This document shows positions 1 through 27,039 of a stretch of DNA of 64,000 nt, one piece after another. Below the pieces are notes generated by a model, which was given only the letters and a program-made list of their open reading frames with translations, did no database searches and was not told where the DNA came from. The DNA lies in NCBI GenBank assembly GCA_964247055.1, contig OZ176050.1:8556001-8620000 (forward strand), in the 5' to 3' direction. This DNA is from Paragordius varius (taxonomy: Eukaryota > Animalia > Nematomorpha). Positions within the stretch are counted from its first letter, which is position 1. Each line of letters starts with the position of its first letter. A program made the translations under genes and the position numbers.

Positions 1-447
1 GAAATTAAAAATATGCCTTTTTACTCTTTTAGGCGGATTATATTTCTTGAAAAAAATAAAAATTTAAAAACTCATCACAAACTTTTTTGCCGCCGTTTTG
101 TTTTTTAATGTTTATATGATATACTTTATTAATTTTTTTTAGAATTTAGTGTTAATTCATTTTTTGATATGGAATTAGCACAAACATATCCTAGATGACT
201 CCTAAAGTGCAACAAATGTACTATGAGAATCCTTACATTTTACTATCAAAGTATATATACTTAATCAGAACATTTTTATTACACCCGATCAGCACGCTGT
301 TATATTGGCCATATTTCAATTATTGTTTACTACTTTATCTGATATATTGTTCCATATATTCAGTTGTTTTTAGAGAATTTTTTATATAAATTGCATCGAA
401 ATGCATGTCAAAATACTAACAGACGTTTTTGCTTATGCGTAACTATT

Positions 448-3291
448 ATGACACGGCACTCTAAAAATTGTACGTCAAACCCCGTTTACACCTATCACGA
501 GGCTAAAAAAGATTCTAAAGTCGGAAAATATGGGTCGTTAAATATAAGATATGGAAAAGATGGTATTAAAGATTTTGACTGCTGCTCTATTTCTTTACAG
601 CCTTGTAAAGATCCTGTTATAACCCCACAAGGATATTTATATGATAAGGCCGTCATACTCGGTAATAAGTTTTTTTATAATTCAGAATATATATTAACAA
701 AGAAAAAGGAATTAAAGACTAAATTAGATGAATATGAAAAAAATTTAGAAATATGCCTTACAAACAATGACGAATCCTTGAACAATAAAAGGAAAAAATT
801 TATCGAAAGAGTATTTATAATTTTAATTTTAGGAAAGCGATATCGCAACAGAACGGGAAAATATAATAAGTGATACTAAGGAAATAAAACCGTTATCATC
901 GCAACATGTTAAAAAGGTAAGCATAGAAAATTTTACTACGACTGGTTCTGTTATCAACAATGAAAACGATGATAAAATTAATTTGCCTAGTTTTTGGATT
1001 CCCACATTAACACCCGATGCCTCAAAAAACGATGAAATTAGTATGTTTTGTATCAAAGCACCTATATTTATATAAGAAAAATAATATATATACGGGTTTT
1101 AAAATGGCTAGAGCCCAGATCATTCTTTAAATTAGAGGTACTCATGAACATAAAGAGCCGAAAAAATATTTATCATGTCTCTCACCATAAATACTGGTAA
1201 AAATTTCGTGGCTGCTTGATATATTTGCAGATATTTGTACTTATACGCAAAATTAGTATATCAAAAAATTTGATCGCGGTTTGAGTACCACCGCTTTAAG
1301 TGTTTTAATCCAAATACTAAAAAATATTTTTTTGTTGAACTGCAGATATTGGTATGAAACGAAAAATTATGGAAAACACCAAAGCACCGTCAATGCAAGT
1401 TTTGTGTCCATTTTCTGGTCGACCGCTTAAATTGAAAGATTTGATTCCCGTCAAATTTAAAAAGATTGCTAAAGACGGTTCTCTACCAAGCGGAACTGAA
1501 TCAAGTTATAAAGGTAATTTTTATTTTTTTTACTAATAATTAATCATTCATCGCGAATTTACTGTGGATGAATTATTTATATAATACATTTTTTATGTTA
1601 CCAATTTTGCAGCCAATCTATATCCATTACTATAAATATATTATTTGTTTATGCTCTTTTTACCTAATCGCTATTTCATCAATTAATTAGATTTTAGTAG
1701 TTGATGCTGAAACTTTAATGCTGCATGTAAAATTGTGCTGTTAATTTTTTTTAAATATCCTATATACCAAGTTTGTTCCAAAATCGGGGGGTATAAAGAA
1801 TTACCTGAATTAATGTATACATATGATAGGAAAATGAGTTATGATTATCATGGTGCTTTGTTTGGCTCTTACGAGTGATATAAGAAAGTTATTTACTGTG
1901 GTAAGTGTGCCACATCAGAAAATGACAAATGCGCATATTTTTTTAATATTTTTTTTGGTAAAAGCTAAATGCTTCATTCCAAAAAATATTACTCAATATA
2001 TGATAAACTATCCAGGAAAAGCAAAACAATAGTTTTAAAAAATTATAATTTTGAGATGTGAGCTCTGAAAGTCCCAAATTTGTTGGCTCTTTTAAAATGG
2101 CTCTCTAAACCCAAAAATGCAGGGATTACGAGATAAGAATTTAAAATATATGCTAAATTTTGACATCAATTTTTTTTAAAAAAGTGCATAATTTTTTAAA
2201 AATTTAATATTTAGTAAAAATTTGAACTTTACTTCATACTATTTGGCATGATGGAAACGTTATAAAAACGCTTTTATATATTATAAAACACTTTTATATA
2301 ATTTGATGATGCTGAACATTTCGATTCAGAATTTTAAAAAAATCGTTTACTTTTAAATTTTGGTAAATTTTTTAAAAAAGCACAATATTAAGCATAAATT
2401 TGAAGACGAGAATATATTTATCATAATACTGAGGTGATAAAAATGAAAAATGTTGAGCATCATCAAATTATATAGATAAAAGGTTTTTATGATATCTTAA
2501 AGCATGTTGTTTATACCGTTTCCATCATGCTTCAAACTAGTATGAATACGCTTTAACAATTTGTTAAAAATTAAAATTTAGTATATATTTAATATTTTAT
2601 CGCGCAACCCGGCATTTTTGCGCTTACTCAAAAAACTAGATATTTTAGAACGGCAAAAATTTTTAGATCGCATCCCACAGCTAAAATTTAAAAAAAAATT
2701 GTTTTTAATAGTTTATGATATATTTTAATGATATTTTTTAGAATGAAGCATTTTAATTATTTTAAATGTGCGCAAATTTTGCCAGCGTCTGATATAGAGC
2801 ATTTACCAGAAAAATGTAAAAACTTACTTAGACTACACAAGGGCCATAACCAAAACCACGATAATCCTGATATTATTTTCTATAAGAATATATATATTTC
2901 ATCAGCCATTTTTTGTGAACACTAATCACGTCGAATTATAATATATATCTTTCCAGAGTACAATGCAAATTCTTCCAATTACATTTATGTTTGCCCAATC
3001 ACGGGTGATACCATAAATAACAGTGTCCCTTGTGCCGTGTTAAAGACATCCGGGAGTGTTGTTACCGTTGAATCACTCAAAAAAATATTTGATCTCAAAA
3101 CTTTACTACCTAATAATTATAGCAACAATGGTATTGTTAACAAAGGAAAACTCTTAGGTACCGATCCTATAAATGGGAAATCTCTATATGAATCTGACAT
3201 CATATTGGTTCATAGAGGTGGAACTGGTTTTGCAGAAGCCAATAAGAATGAATTGGCATCGACGGTTAAAAGACCTGCATTACATTTATAG
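448..3291 (+). CDS. NOSIP: Nitric oxide synthase-interacting protein (RING/U-box-like E3 ligase, spliceosome-associated); 5 exons: 448-661, 686-810, 833-1040, 1346-1513, 2957-3291 (349 aa)
   Basis: Translation MTRHSKNCTSNPVYTYHE...KDFDCCSISLQPCKDPVITPQGYLYD, LPSFWIPTLTP, CPFSGRPLKLKDL, YVCPITGDTINNSVPCAVLKTSG and HRGGTGFA match recalled NOSIP motifs. All introns are GT-AG and phases join. Confidence 0.95.
1770..2923. mobile_element. Non-autonomous foldback/long-TIR element, family A (in NOSIP intron 4)
   Basis: Imperfect inverted arms of >100 bp (TGATTATCATGGTGCTTTG... vs ...CAAAACCACGATAATCCTGA) plus inner inverted segments (CATGATGGAAACG at ~2248 vs CGTTTCCATCATG at ~2517). Related copies at ~5215, ~46675 and ~51350. 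Ends are approximate and the superfamily is not resolved. Confidence 0.75.
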
Positions 3292-3626
3292 TTTTTTGTT
3301 CATTTAAAAATATTTGTATATAAAGTTTATTGTAAGCTCTCTAAAATTAAATATGATAATATAAATAAATGTATAATTCATATATTAAATATATTTTATA
3401 TAAGTATGTATTGCTAAATAAGATTAGTTTAAAAAGACACAATCATTTGATTCTTTCTTCAACTTTTTCCATAATTCTAAGTCTCATATTAATTTTGGAA
3501 AATCATAAATTATAAATATAAATTAAAAGTTAAAAATATTTTTATGTTTGCAACAAAAAAAATTTGTTTGGAAGAAAATCAAAATTATATTTGACTTAAT
3601 GCATATATCTAATGGACACAATTATA

Positions 3627-3835
3627 CAGTCATATATCCTTTATTTTATTAAAATTTATTTTTTTTTTCGTTAAATGGGTATAAATATTTGGTAAAGAAT
3701 GGAAAAAACAAGAGCTCTATGGTATTAACAATATATTCATCAAAAAATATAAGAATTACCATAGAGCTCTTGTTTCTTTCATTCTTTACCAAATATTAAA
3801 AAAATAAATTTTTAATAAAAAAGAATACATGACTG
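3627..3835. mobile_element. Tc1/mariner-type palindromic MITE
   Basis: TA|CAGTCAT...ATGACTG|TA termini. Arms pair over most of the length, including a 40-bp inverted repeat with 2 mismatches (3685-3724 / 3757-3796). Confidence 0.75.
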
Positions 3836-4584
3836 TAAATCGCTTCTTGTGCTGCTTACACATTAATATGTGAGTAATTTAGTTTTTTTATGATTCTTTT
3901 TTTAACTACAAATATATTTTGTTAAAATTGTTTAAAGACAAAACTTGCAACTATTTAAGCCGATCGATTCTTTTTTTCCCATTGCATTGTGTACGGTCAA
4001 AATGCCTGCCTCCTTGTTTTGCGCCAATGTATAAGGCTTATGTTGAGGTACTAAAAGGTGTATGATCAGTGGTGAATTAAGGTGAAATAGTTGAGTAAAT
4101 TTATATATAAAATTAAATAATATTTTGAATGATGGTATTTCGTAACATATTGAAATCTATAAAGTATGGTTAATAATGATAAATAAGTCTAATTATTGTT
4201 AAATTCCAATGGCAAATTAGTCAAGACTAGGATAATCATCAACAATATACCTGTTCCATTATCAATAAGGAGGTTAAAGAAGCAAACAAGATTTGGAGGT
4301 CGTTCTAAACAACTTTTTCATTAATGCCATTGCCGTCATTAGGCCCCAAATTTCACTAGAGCAATCATTGTAGGGTTTTGTTAGCTTGTTTCATCGCAAT
4401 TGTTGTAGATTTGTTAGGATGAAAATGATTTTGCTATTGTTGCAATTTGATATTTACATGTGAAGTGCATTGAAAAAAATTCAAATATCCAGGGGAGTCC
4501 TTAACATCTGATTATATCCAGGTACACAGACTACATAAGTACACATGTTTTAAATACTAAAAAGATTTTAGCAAAATTTTGCTT

Positions 4585-17528
<12,944 letters not shown>

Positions 17529-17649
17529 ACTGGTATATTATATTATCCGGATGTTAACTGTAAAACACTATATTTTTTTATTTAAAATTAACTATATATA
17601 ACTTTTATCACAGTAATTTTAGATTGGAATTAATTAATTTTTTAGATAA

Positions 17650-17804
17650 ACCATTTACAGTTCAAATTTACCCTCGAACAATTCATATTCACCCTTGAAC
17701 AATTCAAATTCACCCTAAAAATAAATTATGTATTTTCGAACTATTATAACTCATTATTTTGAGGGTGTTGAATTGTTCAAGAGTGATTTTAAATTGTAAA
17801 TGGT
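17650..17804. mobile_element. MITE family C
   Basis: ACCATTTAC...GTAAATGGT ends with subterminal (GAACAATTCAAATTCACCC)-like repeats. Same family at 62510-62773 and 29760-31648. Confidence 0.7.
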
Positions 17805-20800
17805 ATAATTAGTTAACATATTAGAAAACGTTTAAATTTAAAATGATTATTATTATAATTATCATATAAATTATAATAAGAAAAATTATGTTATGGCGCT
17901 ATTTTAATTGATAAAAAGTCAATTAAGTCTACATCAATATAAATTTGGTATAATGTTCTGAAATATTTGTACATTTTTTACATTGAAATCTTAATGAATA
18001 AAATAATTAGACTTTAAATAACTATAGTAATTTAAGAGAGAGTCTTTAAAACTATCATTTTTATCTATTTTTACAGACTGTATATATGCTAATTAATTTA
18101 AATATTATGATAGGTTAAATGATTGTTATTATGGATACAAGAAAAAATTGGTGCAATATATATGGACTCTTAGGCGCAATTATATATTTTATCAAGCGTC
18201 CGCATAATTGAAATTATGTATATTATGGATATTAGCAGGAAAATGACACCTCATTTTTAACATGGATAGATGGAGATATATAAGAAAAAATGATGTTTTT
18301 TATGCAATTTACATGATAATAATTAATCTCTCAATGTGCGCACTTTTTGATGGATATAAATTTTAAAATGTTGCTACCTATTACTTTTAAAAGTTATTTA
18401 TATTTACATGATGATATAGATGCATTTGATTAATATTTTTAGAAAATAAAAATTTAATTCAATAATTTCATGTTATAATTTATTTATATCATTTGTTGCA
18501 CAAATACATAAATTTATAAATAAAAGTAAGAGTTTAAATAAATGATTTTTAAGTGTGATGCTTAAAACTTATTTTAAAACAAATTTATAGATTTTAGATA
18601 ATAGGTAGGTATGAATATAAAAAAACACTCTCTTATTTTTACTTTGATTATATTAAATAATATATAAATTTTATCTGCCCTAAGGACACAAACACTTGGT
18701 TAACCATTATTTTCATACTAAGTCCAATTTTAAAGGAAGTATATTCGACTAATTTTTATTATTTTTGTTCAACCTTACTTTTAATTCATCCGTCTGAACG
18801 GTGTCAAACACGTGGCCTCTAAGATCATATGTGCGTCCCGTGAAAAATTTTGAAAATTAATAAATAAATGCAAAATAAAATCTTATAAAATTGATATTTC
18901 TTAAACAAATTTTCAAAATATGTCTTTGCAAGTTTTGGTTACGGAATAACTGCCAAAAATTGGTAGCAGAAATAGCATTTATATTTTGGTGTTAATTCTT
19001 TTTACATTATTCTTGAAATGAAATATAAAATCTGTCAATGCCCATATAATTTTTTCGATGCTTCCGCCCTCGTCGGGTTTAACAGAATACAATTAAATAA
19101 TTTTTGAATATAGTTAGCGATACACGAGAAGATTTAAATTTTTACTAAGGTGTAAATAAACGGCCTAAAACTTTATCAGTATTAAAATTAAAAAAGATTC
19201 TTACCTCATACCAAGAAGAGCATGAACGCCATTTTAATAATTAACTTTTTTTGAATTTTGTATAATATTATCAAAAAGAGTGAAGCGTGCTTGTCTGAAA
19301 AAATTAAAAAATTTTTTACCATAATAGATTTAAAATTATATCATTAATTTTATTCATATGTTAAAATTATTATGGCCGCTTTTTTCGCTAAGTAATTTTA
19401 AAAATGTACAAGTTACCGAGGCAATAATGTGTGTTCAGTTTTTTTTTAAAAACAAGTTTTTGTGCAATATATGTACAATTTCATAAGCCATGAATTGTCC
19501 TTCCGCCGTGTAACAAAACATGCCTAATGTATGTGTGTATATTAGATGGGTGCATATTTAATTGCAACATTTTGAATAAATATTGCAATACTAGTTATAT
19601 GTGTGCAAACAATATTATACACAATTTAACGGAAACACAATTTATTATGTTTTTATAAAACGTACTAGGCCAGAAAATGGCTTAAATTATCATAGTTTTA
19701 TGTTAATAAAAAAATCCAATACTTGTTTTACCTTATATAACTAAAATTATACAAAATTTAGACCCAAAAAATTGGTATGATTGACACCCAATTTAGAATA
19801 TGGCAAATTACGGCAATGTTAAATCTCTTTGTATTTTTATTATAAATCTAAGTTTTTCAGATTTATTTCAAATATTATTTTCAGTTATTAGGTTAATTTT
19901 GAATTATAATATTATTTCAATGAGATTACGATTGCTAATTTAGTTTAGTTTACTGGTACTCACCAAAATATTTTGACGGGCCAAATACAATACAGGCAAA
20001 TATTTCATACCTTCTTATGCAGATTACCTTACAAGATTTTTTTCCGGTTATTCACAAATATTTTAATAAAAGCATCTCTTACAAACGGGACATATTTAGA
20101 ATTAACTAATAATTTTTGACAAATCTGGTTATTACAGCAGACCAATTTAATATTATATCCCAATGTCTTATAACATTTATAAACATGCCGTTTCGACGTT
20201 AGGACAAAATAATAACGATAACTTAAGATATATTATAATATTTACAGTATAAATTGAAATGATTCGGACCAAACTTAAAAATATAAAGACAAATATTTTT
20301 GAAAAGGCAACAAAAAATTTACAAACCTTAATTTTCCCTATATAATCCATTTAATTACAATCGTAAAATAGAATTGATTGTTTTACCAATATATATCTCT
20401 ATTTCTCATTTTGCCATTTTAAATATTAGAGTTATTTAAAAAAATCAAGATTTAAAAATTATGGTTTTCTTTTATAAAAAAATATTTGTCTTTATATTTT
20501 TACGTTTGTCCGTATAATTTCAATTTTTACTGTATTTGGCCCATCTTGCCATATACCTTTATCCTTTGCGATTTCGTTTAAATATTTGCCAACTGGAATC
20601 ATTATGATTGATGAATTCAACAAAATGCGTGTAAATTTCAAAAATAATTGAAAATGATTCTCATCAAATAAAATTTTCTATAATTGAGAAATTACCGAAT
20701 CAAACGGAATTTTTTAATTAGGTAAAAATATAAATATCGATCACTTAAATTTTTTGAATATTTTCAGCAAAAAAAAATACCCTTAATTCAGGGCCATAAA

Positions 20801-23017
20801 AAAGCATTTTTAGGGCCGCGGTTTGAGTATCATTGCCTTACTTTATGGAGGCTGGATATATTTGTTTTAATTGCTTTTATATGCGGTACGGTTATCCATA
20901 CACCAATAAGAATACATATAAGTAACAAGCTTTATTTTGTTATCTGAGCAGAATGAAACCTAAAATCCCTGTGTTTTACCCAACTTAAAGGCATATTGTT
21001 AACATTTTTAGAATTATCATTGCGCTATTAAGTCATTAAATGTAAGCAAGTTCTTGTGATAATATTGTTTTTCTTGCTAGTCAAATTATTTTGTTTACAA
21101 ACAAATTAATAAAAACTTTCAGTTAATTAATAAATTAATAGAAAATTTTAATTATAACTGTTTGTACCAGTTACTGCTGTAAACAATACTTTTTCTAATG
21201 CACAACTAACGGTTAAGAAAACTTTTCAAAATATGTAAATAAAAATACATCTTTAAAAGTTTATTGTTTTAATTCAGGAATGTTAGAATTTTTATATTTT
21301 CTTCTTTGAATTTAAAAAATACAATAATTATACTTTATAAAATCTATAACACTGGCACATAAGGAGAGATATTATAAAGTTCACTGTGTTTTTTATACTG
21401 TTATCTTATATTACATATTTTTCCCTGATTATCAATTCTGCCTTACATCGAGAAAAATATAATACCTTTGATCCTGTTGTATTCTTTTCTTCAATCTCAA
21501 TGATTTTTTAAGGCATTTACATCCAAATCTGTTTTTATAGAAATACTTACTTTATAATTATTAACAAAGGTCAAAAGTGTTGGTTTTGTGTATTTATAAG
21601 CAGAGTTTTTTTTCAAAATGGCTAAATCTTTTAAATCTTAACTGATACTATATTTGTATTTTAGACATCGTTTTCCAATTATATTCTGATGTAATAAATT
21701 TTTTATAGTATACCTGTAATTTAATTACTTTTATTCGACTACTATTATTATTAAAATTACTATGTGTAATTAAGTCACCTTTCGCAGCAATTTTAACATA
21801 TATAACAAAACCATAAAAAGGTAAATTATTTTTTTTGCTATATAATATAATATGTATGCACAAAAAGTAAAAATGCAACCTAGATTCGAAGATCATTATA
21901 CTATATTTTTGTGATTTTTTTATTTTTGTTTTTCTTTAAATTTAGTGATTATTCGGATGTATCCCGAATTTGCGTGTTTATTTAACAACATCTCTAATAA
22001 ATTGGCTACCTAACAAAATAAAATATGTACCACGACCAACCAATCAATATTCATCATATTATAATTTTTATTATTTATTCTACAAAACAAATAATAAATA
22101 ACGAAATGGATAGATATTGAACATACACTTATACGAGTAACTGCCGACCTGTTAAAAATTGAGTATTTTTGTTTCGCCATATATGTATACTACAAACAAA
22201 CATCATCTTCAATACAATATATTTTATCGTTTTAATCAACAACTTTAATATTATTATATGTGATGAAGGCTTAACCTAGATAGGATTTTTAATTCAACAG
22301 GAGGCTAAAAATGGTTGCAAATAATTCTGAGAACCCGTTCAAAGGTAAATATTTTTACATAATTCGTTCGGATAACTATTTTTTTATCTTTTCGATAATC
22401 CACCTATTATGCGGACTAACAACAAATCACTCGATTAATAAATGATATATTTTTTAGTGTTTAATCACTAGCTAAAATTTTGGCCCTGAAGAAATAAATT
22501 TGATGTATCATAATTTCTTTTGAACCACGTGTATCTTATTTGCGTTGACATTTTAATTTTAAACCAGTGTTTCACTAAGATTAGATTCGATAAAAAAATT
22601 GTACAATTTGAAAATTTAAAACACGTGATGGCATTGATATATATATAAATGTCTACCCCACTTCAAAGGCCAATTGTTTAAAGTAAGGGGAACTATGATT
22701 GGCCTTTGTAATTGGATAAAACGGAATTTAATTTACATAACTATTGTCATGTAAGAGATTTTTCGTTTTTAATTAGCTACATTTTTTACATATCATTCAA
22801 TGTTTTTCATTTTTTGTAGACGATTACGTTTTGGTTTAGTTTTATACTCAAGATCTTAAAATGTAATTTAAGTACTGATGAAGTTGTTTTGGTTAAAATT
22901 TATCAAACCACCCTGTTCTCCTATCCCGCGGGCTACTTTTTTCTTAGAAAATTTTACGCCGGCCGTATGAATATTATGTAAAAAATTCATTTAACACTTT
23001 AACACAAATAGTGCAAA

Positions 23018-25180
23018 TCTATAAATTTATAAAAATGGAAAATGCTGGCTTTGTGATCTGTTTCCGGAAAACCGGTAGACCCATTCAAATCCAAATGTCG
23101 AAAATATATAATCATTAATGGATGCCCCGACAAGACCTTTGTCCTTTTTTTTGAATTAGGCCCCCAGTTAAGGCCCACCCCGTGTAAAAAACGAGTTTTT
23201 TTGAAAACAAGTTCACAAAAATTGTGTTTTTGAGACAATTTTCCCGAAAACGTGTTGGACCATTCGATTTAAAATATGATTTTTTTACTTATTTTCGATT
23301 GCGCCGAACATAGCCGGCTCAATTTTTTTATTTAGGCCATCTTTTTACCCGCTCCCCCCATAAAATGCCACTTTTTTTAAAAAAAACAAAGTCCACAAAA
23401 ATAATTTTTTGAATCTATTTTTCGCCCAAGGTATGACGTAAAAATTCAATAAGGATTCCAGGTATTTCCTGTTAAAAGGCAAAAATTTTAGTCAAGTTGA
23501 TGATAGCTGCTGGGTAAGGAGATACCAGCTAAAAACTGACCCGTTATATCGGAATAGCGTGCTTTTGGGGCTAAATTTCAGAAAACCTATCAAGCCATAT
23601 GAGTTCAATAGCTGCTTAAAATATTACCCGTAACAAGGCAAATATTTAGATCGTGCGGTTTTTAAAATAAGCCGTTGATTAGGCCCTTTGCGCCCTGAAA
23701 AATGCGCCACCATAGGATAGTTTTTTAATTTTGAGGTAATTTTTCCAAAAACTGATGAAAACATATGGAATCCATCATGATTCCAGGTATTCTCCGTAAA
23801 AAGGCAAAAGTTTTAATCAAGAGCTTTTTTTGTATCAGCCTCTGGGTCAACTGCGCCACCATACCAAAATTGCGTTGTTTAGGAGTTAATTTTCAGAAAA
23901 CTTATCAGGCCATTTAAGTTTTATAAGCGCCTAAAATAATACCCGTAAAAAGGCAAAAATTTAAGTCGAGCGGTTTTTTAAATTAGCGGTTAAATAGGCC
24001 CTTTAGGCCCTAAAAAATGCGCTATCATTGAACTATTACTTAGTTTTGAACCCATTCTTCCATAAACTATTAAGAGCATATGGAATGAAGGATAATTCCA
24101 GGTATTCCCATATAAAGGCAAAAAATATTATCGAACGTCTTTTTTATATTGGCCTCTGGGTAGGGAGCTACCGCCCAAAACTGCGCACCATATCAAAATT
24201 GCGTTGTTTAGGAGTTAATTTTTAGAAATCAGGCCATATAAGTTTTATAAGGGCTGAAATATTACCAGTAAAAAGGCAAAAATTAAAGTCGAGCGGATTT
24301 TTTTAAATTAGCGGTTAACTAGGCTCTGGGTAGGGGGCTACCCGCGTAAAAATGCGTAACTATATTGGTACAGAATGCCTTTGGAGCCAGCAGAAAACTT
24401 ATGACACTATGTGAGTTCAATAAGGGCCTAAAATATTTATTACCCCTTAAAAACTAATATTTTAGTATAGGGGGTTATTTAAATGAGTCGCTAAGAAATG
24501 TTTTATGCCCTGAAAAATTTGCCGCCATAGAACATTTTTTTAGTTTTGAAGCAATCCAAAAACTTATAGGAACATATGGACATTATAATTCCAGATATTC
24601 CTTATATAAACACAAAAATTTCACTCGACGCTTTTTTATACCTCCCTCTGGGTAAGAAGCTAGCCGCCAAAAAACTGCGCCACTATATAAATTGCGTTGT
24701 TTTGGAACTAATTTTAAGAAAACTTATGCCATATGAGCTCATTTAAAACTCGAAATATCACCCGTAACTAGGTAAAAATTAAGGTCAGGCCTTTTTATAT
24801 TAGCCGCTAATTTGGGGCCTTTATGCCCTAAAAATACGCCATCATATAACGATTATTTAGAGTTAAGGTATTTTTCGAATAACCCATGAGACGATGGTCT
24901 CAAAGATGAATCCAAATATCCTAATAAAGGCAAAAAATTTAACTTAGCGCCTTTTCCATGTAGGCCTATGGGTAGGGGTCTACCGGTTTAAAACTGAGAC
25001 GCCATACAAAAATGGCATGGCTTTGGAGCTAATTTTCAAAAAACTTAAGAAGCCATACGAGTTCAACAAAGGCTTTAAATATTACCCATAAAAAGGTAAA
25101 AAATATAGTATAGCAGTTTTTTCCGTTAGCGGTCGATTTGGGGCCTTTACACCAGTAAACAATATAATAGTGAGAATGCA
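23018..25180 (+). mobile_element. Non-autonomous Helitron, family D, with an internal tandem array; 3' end not seen
   Basis: Begins A|TCTATAAATTTATAAAAATGG, sharing its 5' ~300 bp with copies at 26032 and 29942. Internal ~320-bp units recur (ATTCCAG at ~23455, 23781, 24096, 24589). The Helitron call rests on the 29942 copy having a 3' hairpin. Confidence 0.7.
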
Positions 25181-25249
25181 CCGTTTTGAGAATCCTATGA
25201 GATCATAGCTATTAAATAATGTTTCGAAATAATCCACATATATGGATCA

Positions 25250-25349
25250 ATTGTCCCTTTTTTCAAATACCCCGCCCCAGAAGTCCGAAGGACTTCCTCG
25301 GGCTGCGTAGCAGCATGAGATCGCTACTATAATATATATATATATAGAT
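25250..25349 (-). mobile_element. Probable 5' fragment of a second Helitron/Helentron family
   Basis: Minus strand starts ATCTATATATATATATATTATAG and contains a GAAGTCC-GAA-GGACTTC hairpin. Confidence 0.35.
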
Positions 25350-26031
25350 TTACGGATTCAGGTGACTAGCACGGGCCATTAAAAAATAAATATTATGAAT
25401 CCTTATTTTTGAGTACTTATTTATATACCTCCGGTTGGCATAATCAGTACAAATACTATAACATTTACAATATTCAATTTATATAGAATGATAGGAGAAG
25501 CTTTTTATTGATTCCATAATATTCTTTTTGTCTTCATAATTTTTAAACAGCAATTCAGAAGCTTTAATTTTCGTCCTGAAAAGATTTGTTTTGAATTAGG
25601 GATTTCTGATTTTTGTAATTTAAAATTATGGAATTTTTTTGATTTTCGCTATATTTCATGCAGGATTTCTGAGCATTAAGTTTCTCTTTCAATAGCCTGA
25701 TTTTTGATTTGCAAATATCTGAATTGTATCACTGATAGTTTATGTGAATCGTAGTAAAATGTTTTAGACATTTGCTTTTTTAGGCAAAGCCACGATGGTG
25801 GAATATCAAACAAGTACATTTATCATTATTCATTATAAAAAATAATCTTCTTCCCATTCGTTTCTATAACGATGTATTTTAGCATTTTTCTGGCTTAAAT
25901 TTTTAATCATACTAAAATATAAGTTTTAAAGGATAATCGCTACTGTTTTATTTGCTAAATTTATACCATTTCCTAACGAAATCACATATGATTTTAAGTT
26001 CGAATAAAATACATATGATTAAATAAACAAA

Positions 26032-26305
26032 TCTAATATTTATAAAAATGGAAAATGCTGGCTTTGTGATCTGTTTCCGGAAACCCGGTAGAACCATTCA
26101 AATCTAAATGTCAAAAAAATATAATCATTTTCGCCCTTTTTTGGATTAGGCCCCCAGTTCGGGCCCACCCGGTGTAAAAAACGGTTTTTTTGAAAACAGA
26201 ACACAAAAATCGTGGCTTTGAGACAATTTTCCGGAAAACGTGTTGAACCATTCGATTTCAAATATGATTTTTTTACTTATTTTTGATTGCGCTGAACATA
26301 GTAGG
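26032..26305 (+). mobile_element. Helitron family D, 5' fragment
   Basis: A|TCTAATATTTATAAAAATGGAAAATGCTGGCTTTGTGATCTGTTTCCGG... is nearly identical to 23018-23290. Confidence 0.75.
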
Positions 26306-27039
26306 ATTATTATAAATGTGTTTTAACAAAGAAATTTTTTAAACACAAAATTAAAATAAATTGAGTAAAATTTTGTGAAAAAAAAACTGGAGGCAAATAT
26401 ATTTTTTACATTTTTTTAAAAAATTTTAGGCGGGCACGCTTTGAAATCTCGCGGTAACGAAGTCGACTGCGGACTGTTTGGCCACCCCTGCTGTATAAGA
26501 TATAGGTCTTATTACGTTCCCCTATTTTTATTTTTTGCGATGCAGAGTGTCGATTTGAGATCTGAATTCTCCCGCTCTGTGTGTTTATAATATATTAAGG
26601 CGAACAACATGTTTCACAATGTTTAGTTAAATCTAAAATTATCATTTTAAATGGGCAGTAAAAATTATAATGTATATCGTGTTAAATATTTATATTTAAT
26701 ATTAACAAAGCTAAAAATGTACCTTAAAAATACCAGTTTCGGTTTTTGTTGACTTAATCGTATTTGAATTTTGTATTTACCCTATCTCTTTGTTTTACAA
26801 AAACGTATTATACATTTTTGTAGGATACTTTATAAATGCAATCATTCCATTTATAACTAATATCTTATATTTTAATTTTTTTATTAGCCGGAAAAATTTT
26901 ATCGCTTCACAACGTACAACGATACGCAAATTATAATTCCTTGCAAGATAATCCACATAAAAAAGATGGTTCCTACGATGCTTCATGTCAAATCGCAACA
27001 AATGACAACAAAAAATCAGATAAAAAGGTACAACCAATA

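Noticed and set aside
19990-22200. Possible hidden minus-strand gene with micro-intron-like segments (e.g. GTAAGTATTTCTATAAAAACAG at 21550-21529, GTACATATTTTATTTTGTTAG at 22030-22010) and a Cys-containing open frame at ~20220-20030
   Set aside because: Candidate exons could not be joined without stops and no homologous motif was recognised. It needs RNA-seq and could be a lncRNA or chance.
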